From Zootoca vivipara (lineage: Eukaryota): 64,000 nt of DNA. This document shows positions 1-11,000 of the stretch, in pieces. Below the pieces are notes generated by a model. It was not told where the DNA came from, made no database searches, and saw only the letters and a list, made by a program, of their open reading frames with translations. The stretch is taken from NCBI RefSeq assembly GCF_963506605.1, contig NC_083289.1:54126001-54190000 (forward strand), in the 5' to 3' direction. Positions within the stretch are counted from its first letter, which is position 1; each line of letters begins with the position of its first letter. The position numbers and the translations under genes are program-made.

Positions 1-680
1 CATTGCTTGCGCTGGAGCAGTGGGCTGGGACGGCTTCTTGCTTGGAGCCCCTCCTGCCCCTTTTCCTTGAGAGGAGAGCTGAATTGTGCAGGAGCCGAGC
101 TGTGGGCTGGTCCAGGGCTCTTGGCGAAGCTCCTTGAAGGAGGCTCCTTGGCAAGCGAGGGCTTTTGCCTTAGCAGGGACATCTTGGGGCCGAGTCGTTC
201 CCCGAGAAAGAGGTGGCATTCTTTTGTCTGAACAAACCCTCCAGTCTTTGGGGCAGCCTCCCCCCCCCACTCTTTTGGGAATGTCTTTTGCTCAGCTCCC
301 TGCCTAGTAAGCGTCGCTACATTGGGGGCATCTGTCTCCCCCTTCCCCAGATAGCAATGCCGGTATGGCTGCAGGACCTGCAGGACCCCCCCTGGCCTGG
401 TCACCCCCTTCTCTGGGCTGTGCCTTGTTCTTCTCTCTGTGTTCCTGCCCTTTGGTTACAGGAAGTTCCAGTCACCTGCCGCCCTTCTCCTTTGCGCTTC
501 TGGGACTGTAGAGGAAGCTGTTCTCCCCCCAGAGCTTCCTGGGTTCTGATAGGGGGTGCCTGTGCCGTTCTTGCCCCTGGTTCGCAAGGGAGCCGGTTCC
601 CTCCCTCCTCCAAGGAAGCTCAGCAGGTGATGTATCCGCTTCCCGCGGTGTAAAGGGCTTGCACTGTGTTTGCCTTGCAG

Positions 681-2010
681 GGCGAAGGTGCAGAAGAGGC
701 CGGGGGGCAGCTCCGCTCAGCCCTGCGAGAACATTGTGGTGGCCTACTACTTCTGCGGAGAGCCCATCCCCTACCGCACCCTGGTCAAAGGCCGCGTCGT
801 CACCCTGGGCCACTTCAAGGAGCTGCTCACCAAGAAAGGGAACTACAGGTGAGCAGGGAGGGATGCCTCAGGTCCCTGGCCAATGAGCCTCGCCTCTTTG
901 GCTCCAGCCTCTGCCCCTAGGGGTGACAAGCCCCACAGACGTGTGGGCCCAACTCTGATGGTTGGCACAGAACCAGGAAAGAGGCAGGGGGAGGGCGCCT
1001 GGGAGACGGATCACTGTGCAAATCTCACCTCCACAAAACCAAGCCAAGAGGTCCTTGGAGAAGGAAACTCAAGTCAAAACCCGATTTTGTTTGCACCAGA
1101 GCTGAGGAAGCCTGTGCCAAGGGAAACCCCAAACACACTATATGGCACGTCAGTTGAGCATGTTCAGAGTTGCACGCTTTCTTCTGAACCGACAATTTCC
1201 ATTTTTTTGCAGAACCTCTCCTTTAGTTTCTGGGCAGAGAGCAGATTGGGCCCATTTTAGAGGTGGGGGTGGCGGGATTCGGGGGCAGCTGAGCTGTGAG
1301 GGGAGCCCTCTGTCAGCGCAGCCATGCACCACATGACCCTTCTTCACATTCTGATGAGGACTAGAGACTTGCTTTAAATCAGGGGGAGCTGTGGGGATCC
1401 TCCTGGTGTCGCCAGACTTCAGCTCCCAACAGCATGGCCAGCAGTCAGAAATTATGGGAGCTGCAGTCCCAAATCCCCTGGAGTGACACAGATTTCTCCA
1501 CCCCGGTTTAAAAAGTGCGCTGGGTTGCCGGTCATTCTGCATCAGGATCCGCAGAGGGTTCGGCCCATTAGTCTGCCGGAAGCCCTGCAAAAGTTTGCAC
1601 ATTTCCTCTGTCCTCGTCACTTGTGCTAAAACGCTGTTGATGGTTTCCAGTGAATCTGTAGAGTTGGAAGAGAGCCTGAGGTTCTTCTGGTCCAAGAATA
1701 TTTTGCCCAACATGGGTGCTCGGAGGACAGGGCCCAGCTGCGGGCAGGGTGGGATTCTGGCCCGGGGTCCTCCTTGCTGCCCCTTTGCCTTCTGCTTTGA
1801 GTTAGTGCTGGAAAGCCCCCACTGAGCCTCCGAGAGGCCGCAGGCTCTGGACCCCCCCACAGCTCTCTGTCCCTGTCTTGCAGGTATTACTTCAAGAAAG
1901 TAAGCGACGAGTTTGACTGCGGCGTGGTGTTCGAAGAGGTGCGGGAGGATGAGGCCGTCCTGCCCATTTTTGAGGAGAAGATCATTGGGAAGGTGGAGAA
2001 GATTGACTAG
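681..2010 (+). CDS. AXIN1: Axin-1, last two coding exons (DIX domain); gene starts upstream of the window
   Basis: Exons 681-848 ([56 protein letters not shown]) and 1884-2010 ([41 protein letters not shown]). AG/GT flanks and phase-2 junction are consistent. Matches the AXIN1 DIX domain; adjacent to PDIA2 as in human. Confidence 0.97.
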
Positions 2011-3037
2011 CCCAGAGGAGGCCGAGCGAGACAGAAGCAGCCAGAGATGGGCGGAAGCGCCGGGCGGGGGGCAGGGGGGGCACCGGCAGCCCTGGCATCT
2101 TTCCACACCCGCTGCCTTCCCCTGCCTGCCTCTGGGGCGGCCACCAGCCCCCTCAGCACGTCAATGTTTTGCGCATTAGGGGGCTGTTCACCGAAGCCGC
2201 CCGTTTTGATATCATTAGGAACGGGGCGGCCCAGCCATCCCCCCCTCCCAAAAAAAAGTGCACACGCTCCTCTGGGACGGGGAGGGCGGCAGCAGCCCCA
2301 CAGGTGGGGAAGCTCCAAAGGGTGCTTGTTCACCCGTGGAACAAGCTGCCTCTTGATACTTTGCACCTTGCTGCTCTGCGGCTGGCAACTGGCCCCTCCA
2401 TCTCAGCCCGTGGCCTTTCGTTTCCACGCCTTGCTGCCCACCTTGCCAGGTTGGGGGGGGAGTCTTGAGGAGAGGGCAGATTTCATCGTCTAGAGAAGGG
2501 GCAGCCTGGTATTTGCTGGGAGGTGGGACGGGACCTCAGATCTGGGCTGCCCCTTTGAGCCTCTTCCTTGTGCCCCATAGATCTGGGTGCATTCAGTGCC
2601 CCCACCCTGGATGGTGGCTGCCCCTGCTCTGCCTCCCTTCACCTCCCCACTCCTCCCCAGGTGCCTGCTCCTCCCCCTGCTGCTCTCCAGGTACCCCTGG
2701 GCTGTGGGGGGCTGCCTGCCCTCGCCAGAGCCCTGCACCTTCTTGCGTACGTCACCGAGTGCCTTCAAACGCCTGTTCTGTTAGCCACCCGCTGCCCCGG
2801 ACGGCCTCCTCCCCGGGTCCCGCTTGCCCTCTGCGCCAGGGGGGACCCCGAAGGCCTCGGACCCGTTGCGGGTTTTTCTTTTCCCTTTTTTCCTGAAGGG
2901 TTCCATTGTAAATATGTACATTTTCTAAAGACGGCATCAGCCACCAGCGGTTGGGACAGCGGCTGGCATCTTCCGAATGTTTTTTCACATGTTGACTTGT
3001 ACAATTTATCTTTTAAAAGGTACTTGGATAATAATGG

Positions 3038-3043
3038 AATAAA
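3038..3043 (+). terminator. AXIN1 polyadenylation signal (AATAAA)
   Basis: AATAAA at the end of an AT-rich 3'UTR block, followed by a GT-rich stretch (tgtttgtgagttgtgtgtgt, about 3070-3090). Confidence 0.75.
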
Positions 3044-4165
3044 AGCCCATGTTCAGATGGCAGCTCTGCGTGTTTGTGAGTTGTGTGTGTCGCCGTCCTC
3101 TTCCTGAGGGTGCCTGTGCTTGCGTTGGGGGAGAGGGGGGCGAAGCCTGCTCCAACATGGACTATTTGGGGCACCGATCACCTCAACCTGCACTGAGACC
3201 CCTCAGGAACTGAGCTCACTCAGATGTGGCCAATACGCAGCCCTGGTAGACACCGGACATGCTCTGGGACCCTTTTTCCATGTGGGGAACAGCAGCAGAA
3301 GCAGCGTTGCTCTTGCAATCTGCGCAGATGCAGCAACAGACCCCAATGGTCTGTGCTTGCAGCCTTTCCCTTCTCCCCGAGGAAGAGCCCTGTGTGACTT
3401 CTAAACTTGCTTCTCCTCTAGCGCTGCCGCCTTCTAACTAAGCTGCAGATATTTGCAGCTTTCTCCCCGGGATGGAGGCTGTCCCTGGGGAGGGTGGGAC
3501 ACGGGGGCTGCTATTAAAAGAAGAAGAAGAGGAGGAGGAGGAGTTTGGATTTGATATCCCGCTTTATCACTACCCGAAGGAGTCTTAAAGCGGCTCACAT
3601 TCTCCTTTCCCTTCCTCTCCCACAACAAACACTCTGTGAGGTGAGTGAGGCTGAGAGACTTCAGAGAAGTGTGACTAGCCCAAGGTCACCCAGCAGCTGC
3701 ATGGGGAGGAGCGGAGACACGAACCCGGTTCCCCAGATTACAAGTCTACCGTTCTTAACCACTACACCACACTGTTGCTGTAATTATCTGCATGTTTTTA
3801 ATAGATCATAATGATTGATAGATAGATTTCTGTTAGTGCTTAATTGCTTTTCAGTTGCTGCTTCCTTCGGATGTTTTCATCTGTAAGCCACCTTTGAGTC
3901 CCTTTCAGGGGAGAAGGCAGGATATAAATAAATATATAAAAACAAGGAGGAGGAGGAAGGGGCTGCTGGCCTCTTCCCAGGGCAGCATTTAGGCAGGAGG
4001 GGGGGGGCCTGATCAGTGGCGGGGGGGGGGCGAAGGGAGCTGTTGTGCCCTCCATTGCACAATTCTCACACGTGGCGGCTGTCCCAGATTCTCAGGTTTT
4101 TGGCCCCCGGCAAACGTGCAGCGGAGCCACGAAGGAAGCGAGGCCCTCGGAGGCCACGGCAGGCT

Positions 4166-5042
4166 CTACAGCTCGTCTCTTGGTTCTGGGGAGCCGGGTG
4201 GGCTCGTTCGATTCTCCTGGGGTTCCTCGGGGGTCTCAGCAGCCTGGAAAGCCAGAGCCCAGTGTCACCGTGGGAACGGGGACAAACTCAATGTTTGGGG
4301 TGGGCATGAGGGGTTGCCGCTGAAACTCACCTTGGGGTCGTCCTGGGGAGGGACCTCACCCCCGTTCTCCAAGAACGCCGAGAAGGATTCCAGCTCTCTG
4401 GTGCTCCGGTACTCGATCATCTGGGGCGGAAAACGGGGGGCGTTGGCCTGGCTTTGCCCCACAAGCGGCTGCTGCCGCCTCCCATCTACAGTACCTCCTG
4501 TCGCAGCCTCCTTGCTCTACTGTCCCATAGGACCCAGGCACATTCTGCAGAGGATCCCAGGAGCCACAGCACCGTCCCCCCCACCCCATGGGGCACCTGC
4601 ATTACCTTCTTGCCCTGCCCTGCAGGGAAGTAGTACAGCGTTGGGTAGGCTCGGATAGGGATCTCTGCTACCTCGTTGGCCGTGGCGTCCATCTCGGCGA
4701 TGAGGACATCCTCGCGGTCTTTATATTTCTCGCCCAGCTCTGCCCAGGCAGGCGCCATCGCCTTGGAGTGGGGGCACCAGGGGGCATCTGTGGAAGCGGG
4801 ATGGAGTTAGGAAGACGCAAGTCTGTTTTATCACCAGGCCAGTTCACCAAACTGCGGGAGGCAGTGCAAGACAGGAGTGCCTGGCATGCTATGGTCTATG
4901 GAGTCACAATGAGTCGGACACGACTAAACGACTAAACAACAACAACAACAAGTTCACCAGCTGCATCCCTCTCTGGAAAAAGCTGACCTGGAGAAAGTTG
5001 TGCAGGCTGCGTCCCTCATTAACACCTTGCTGTGGGGCTGTC

Positions 5043-5097
<55 letters not shown>

Positions 5098-8000
5098 TTT
5101 ATACCCTGCCCATCTGGCTGGGTTTCCCCAGCCACTCTCTGGCAACTGGCACAGAGGATGAAGAGGCTGTGGGTGTTTGCACTGATTCAGTGCGAATTGA
5201 ACCGGCTGCCGGTTGCTTTCTGTTCCCATTTTCAGGCCCTGGTTTTAACTGTTAAAACCCTACATAGTTTGGGACCCCTTGCCCCACTGTCAGCCTGCTG
5301 GGACTTCAGCTTCAAAGCCCCCGCTCCGTTGTGGCCTGTTGTTTTGGCCTATTGGATTGACGGGTACTGGAAAAGGGACCTTCTCGGTGGTGGGCCCAGC
5401 CTTTTGGGATTTCCTCCACAGGGAATTCTGGTCCCATTGAGTATCCTGGCCCCGTTTCAAAGTATCCTGTGAAGACTTTAGAAATTCCAAACTGTTTGGC
5501 TGATACACATTTGCTGTTCCTCGAAGGGGACACTTTGGTAAATTATTTCTATGTGATTTTTGCAATCAATGTTTTCTGAACTGCTTGGAAAGGACTGGGC
5601 TCTGAAAGTCTGCAAAGCAGGCAAGGTCTCTCGACAGCAATTTGCCTGGAGACAGCTCAGTCAGTAGAGCGTGAGACTTCGAATCTCAGGGTCATGGCTT
5701 CGAGTCCCACACTGGGCAAAAAGATTCCTGCAATTCTGTAGATGTATATATCACTGAGCCTGCTTCTGCCATCCGGGGATGAGAAGGAAAACCCCCAAGG
5801 AGGGCTGCCCTCTGCTTCCTCTGCCCTCCCGGTGAGTTTCCACAGGACGCCAGGAGGGAACGTGGACGAGCCCCAGAGGCAGCTTGGAGGTTCCCCCTCC
5901 CCAGTCCCAAAGTGCCACTTACAGAACTTCACAAAGACGCTCTTGCTCTCGTCAAACGCCACTTGCTCAAAGTTTCTGCCCACCAGGGTCTTGACGGGTG
6001 CCTTATCCCAGTCCTCTGGAATCTCCTCGCTCATCAGGTGTGGCTGAAAAGATGAAGCAACGCTTAGTGCTGTGGGTCGGTGGAGTGGGGAGAGACTTAT
6101 TTTTATTTTTTATTTTTTATTTTCTTCTTTTATGCATTTCAACAATTTTGCAATCATTTCAAAACTTGACTTCCTTCTCCCTCTTTCTGTGGTTCCTTAA
6201 ATTAATTTTTAATATTCTCTGCACATCCAAATTAACTTAATTTGCTCATTTATCCATCTACTCTAAATACATACTCTTATAAAACTGCAGGTTATTACAA
6301 TAACCCTGCCAATGTTCTTATCTGTCTACAGTTTATTTGTAAATATTCAATAAACTGTTTCCATTCTTTTATAAAAAGTTTGCTATCTTGATTTCATGTT
6401 TTTCTTATAAGTTTCACCATTTCTGCATATTCCATAAGTTTTTGTATCCATTCTTCTTTTGCTGGGACTTCTTCTTTCCATTTTTGGGCAAGTACCATTC
6501 TTGCCACTGTAATCGCATACATGAATAAATTTCTGTGCTGTTTGGGTATAGAAATACCCAATACTTCCCTATAATTCCCAAAAGGGAATTATACCCTATA
6601 ATTATACCCTATAATTCCCAAAAGGAAAGCTTCTGGGTTTTTTTTTTACAAACGTTATTTTAAACATCTTTTTCAATTCATTATATATCATTTCCCAGTA
6701 AGCTTTAACCTTACTACAAGACCAGGAGTGGTGAGAGACTTCAGGCCTAGGGTCTCCCCCCCACTGGCTGCCGAGGGCAGTTCCCCCCCTGCAAGCTTGC
6801 CTGGACAGGAAGCAAGAGAGGCAGCTTGGCAAGGGGGGTAGCCCTCTCCACTCTGCATTTTTTGCCCCTTCCCTTCTACTGGGGGGAGAGGGGACCTGGC
6901 GGAGGCTGTGGCCGCTGCCCCACCAGCAGCTCACATGTGGGGCAGAGCTCCTTCCCAGAGGTGTAGCAGGTTCAAGTGGTACCCGGTGCGGAAATTTGTT
7001 TGTCACCCCCCTGCCTGCGACCCCCAAGTCCACAGCGAGCCTGGGGAAGGGGGGGAGAGTTTTGCTGCCACTTGCTGTAGGCTTGGGAGCCGCGGGCGGG
7101 GAGGGAGGGGCGCCGAATGTCACCCGCGCTCAGGATGACACCCGGGGCGAACCGCCCCCACCTTGCTCCGCATCTGCTCTTTCCCATCTGGGGTGAGGGA
7201 GGGGGGCATCCCTGGAGAGCCTTCCAAGAGACTCCAACCAAAGAAGAATGCTTTATAAAAAGAACGGATTATGCTGAAACTGGCAAAACGGACGGTAAAA
7301 CTCAGAGATCACAACGATGAACTGCTTATGGGAAATGGGAGGCCTTTTTTGGACTATTTGAGTGGTAGGAAATCGTGTGCAGGATTTGAAATAGGAGTGT
7401 GAGGGAAAAGGATGATAAGATGGAATTGGAGGGCCTAGTAAGAAGTATAAATGCAGCATTTAAGGATAAAAACATCAGCGAGGGGAGGGTGGGAAGACAA
7501 AAAGAAACATACAAGGGAATGATAAATTGTATGTGAAATACATTTTTTTGTGAAACTCCTAATACAGTATAAATGAATATAAAGAAGAGTCCTTGTCCCT
7601 TTCTCCCACACACGCCCAGCCTGACCATGCGGCTGCCCACCTGGACTTTGCCCTCCATCGCCTCCTGGCAGAAGGCATGGATGGCAGGAGCCGTGAGGGA
7701 TCCGTCTGCCCCCAAGAGGTATTTCCTGTTGCTCTCGATGTTGATGAAGCGGATGGCGGGAGCCTCGTGGCTCTTGAGGCCAAAGAAGTGCAGGATCTGG
7801 GCTCCTTCCCCGTTGACGTCGGCCAGCACAAAAAGCACCTGCCCAGGGGATGCATAGAGGGGCAGAGATGCGTCTAGTCCAACCCCCGGTATATGCTCCC
7901 GGAGACTTGCCTCCCAGAAGCAGAAAAACAGCACCCACACAAACCCCAGCCCCCTCCCTGCATGGGACCCCCCCAAAGCCCCAGGGCAAATGTGCCGGCT

Positions 8001-11000
8001 GGCCGGGGGACTCACCTGTCCCCGGAAGGGAGGGGCAGCATCTCGGAAGCTGCTCAGGAGCTCCAGGTGAGAGTCCTGTGTCTTGTTGATGAAGAGCAGC
8101 AGGTGGTTTGGGATCTTTGCCCCAAATATCCTGGAGGAGTTCTAAAGGAAAGACACAGGTGTGGACCCCCCCAGGGGTGGAGGGGTGTGAGGACAGGTGC
8201 CCCCAAATCCCAGAAGCAGAAGAGCAGCCCACTCTCCCCAGGGAGGAGGCCTGCATCTCTGCAGCAGAAAGGGCGAGGGGGCTGCGCTGGGCTCTCAGGG
8301 CCCCCCTTCCCTGTCAGGCAGACCCAAAGGCCCAGAGCTGACCGTGAGCAGCTGCCTCCCAGGGAGGCTCCAGGCCCAGCCAGGGTTCTTCCACTGAGCA
8401 GAGGGGTCCCACCTGCAGCGTCGGGGACTGGACATTGGAGGAGGAATAGTGGAGACAGCCCCCCCCTCCTGAACTTTCCCAAGAGGAGGAGGGCAGTATA
8501 GAATCACAACGGTGGTTTGCAGAAAGCCATGACTCTGAGACAGAAGGGGGAAATAGCTGGGAGGTAATGGAAGAGGAGGGGGGAGCACCAGAGCGGGAGC
8601 AGCTGACTGACACGTTATCATTCGAAAGCATCTCCTAGGACCAGGTGTGCATTGAGAGTAGTAGAACAGAAAGCTCAGAGGCAGAAAGCACAGCCCAACT
8701 GGAGCAGGGATGACGTACAGTAGGAGAGACGGAGGGGGTGGGGCTTTACTCGGAGCAACTCAGAGCATTTCTGTGGGATATGATACATAAGTAGCAGTCA
8801 AGTACAACATTCCTTGTTTTCCTACAGTGGACATGCAAGGGGATGTTTGGACCGGCCAGTCAAAAACTTCCTGTTTCCTCCTGGGCTGGGACATACTTCC
8901 TCTGGCAGGTGGCTAGAGGTGGCATGACCTTACCTGTGCAGGTAACAAAAGCACAAGGCATGCAGCCATCTAGCTTTTTAGCTAGAGATGCTCTGTTGGC
9001 CAACAGAGGACAAAGAGACTATCTCCATATGGGATAGACTCACTTGTATATATATCTGTAACTAAGTCTGCCTTCAGGGATCCAGCTGTGAACAGATGAT
9101 GTGAGTAAACTACTTTTATATATCTTAAATAAGATGGTGGCGTGCTTATTCTTTTAAGAGGGAAATAAGGGATCTTACCAATCGAGAAACTTAAACAAGC
9201 TTGCAACCAGCTACCTACTCTGTGTTTAAAGGGGAATGTTAAAACTCTACTAAGTGATAGAACTTGCTAGCACAAGTTTGGAAGGATATTAATAAACAAT
9301 ATATCCTCTCCTGCCTCCCTGGACATATTTACAGAGAAAGAATGCAGAAATTGTGGTTTCTGCATTCTTCCTCTGTAAATATTGAATAAAAGACTTGGTA
9401 AGAACTCTTTTTTTTTATCTGCTTCTTGGCTGCCACCGTGAGAGGGATCATATTCCCTAGAGCCTGACACACGGTGATTTCTCTCCCTCTGGAGGTGCTG
9501 AGCTGCGGCAGGGCTTTGCTTGGTAGAAGGGGAGGTCATATTTTGGAATCACAGAATTGCAGAGTTGGAAGCCCCCCCCCCGGGGCCAACCCCCTGCAAT
9601 GCTGGAAAATCCCTCAAAGGAGGAGCTGGGCCCTGGCTGGCAGCCAGGAGGAAGAAGGGTCTCCCTCTCACCTGGCTCGTAAACTCCATCACCAGCTCCA
9701 GACTCTGTGCCAGGATGAATTGTGCCAGCTCCGCCCCGTCCAGGCCCAGCTCTTCATCCACCAAGAAGTCTTCCCGGGACTCATCATGCTGCAAGAGAAT
9801 GAATGAATGAATGAATGAATGAATGAATGAATGAATGAATGAATCTTTCTTTGCATCAGCCACCAGCCATAGCAATAAAACAAACAAAATTGGGGTATAC
9901 AGAGGATAAAGGTAAAAAGTCAATTATATAAAATACATTTTGGGGGTTTGGGTCAATAGTCAAATAATGGATCTTATTCTAATTGCCCCTTGCCACCTTT
10001 GCTGTCCCCTGCTCATCTTGATCTGCCAAGAGAAAGGACACTATAAGAGTGCTTGGATGACCCAGAGTGGACAATAATCGAGGGATAAGAACCCAGCTAC
10101 TCACACTGGGTTTTAGAAAAGCAAACAACTTAATTAGACAGCGCCTAAAATGATATCGAGTGACAGAACAATCTGGCCACAATAAGGAATTTTGCCCATG
10201 GTATGACTATTTTCCAACCAGTTGTCTTGACTCTCTGGCACCCTGTTTGCATAACTTAATAATTAGATGCCCCTTTACTCTTGCCAGATTCAATATACTG
10301 CCATCAACTGTACTTGAGGGACGTTTCCAAAAAGTTCCACTCAAAAAACGGTTATGTCCCTGTGCTGCAAGAGGTGGCAGAGTCTGTCTGGGCAGATCCA
10401 GGAGGGCACCATCTCCATCTCAGCAGCTGCATCGGCCACAGAAAGAAACACCCCCCTCTCAAGGCCCCCCCCCCCCCGGTCTTTTACCCAACCCTGCTAA
10501 GCTCCTGGAAGTGCCCGCCTGGCACAGCTCTCACCTTCCGGAAGAGAGCGACGGTGCCAGGGTGGGTCACGTTGAACTTCTCAAAGAGCTCCGAGCGGTT
10601 GGTGAGTGCAAAGGCAACGTCTGGAGCATCGCTGGCCACATCGTAGAAGAGGCGCACGTCTTCATCCTGCAGGTCCTGCAAGCAACACACAGCGGCTGAG
10701 CCGGGCACAAGGGGCCAGGAGCAGCACACAAAGGATGTCCGAGGCCTGCACTCTGTTTGCGGAGAGGAAAGAGAGCCTCATTCTGGGAGACCTGCTTCTC
10801 CTGGCAGAGCCTTGGGCACCTCGGCTTGACTGCAGGGAAGCTGCCCTAAGACACAAGCAACTCCCTGGGGGCTCCCTAGCCTTCCAATTGGGGCCCAAAC
10901 GTCCCCTGGAATATGCCAGAGGCTGACCCTCGCATTTCCCCCCTTCCCCAGCTGCAGGGAACAAGCAGCAGGCTGCACCAGGAAACAGCAGCTCAGGAGT

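Noticed and set aside
1150-2106. 318-aa minus-strand ORF
   Set aside because: Antisense shadow of the AXIN1 last exon plus intron sequence, with no homology recognised.
5651-5725. Possible tRNA-Lys gene (also 37690-37770 on minus)
   Set aside because: Degenerate stems and anticodon, and both copies share the same non-tRNA downstream sequence; better explained as a SINE head.
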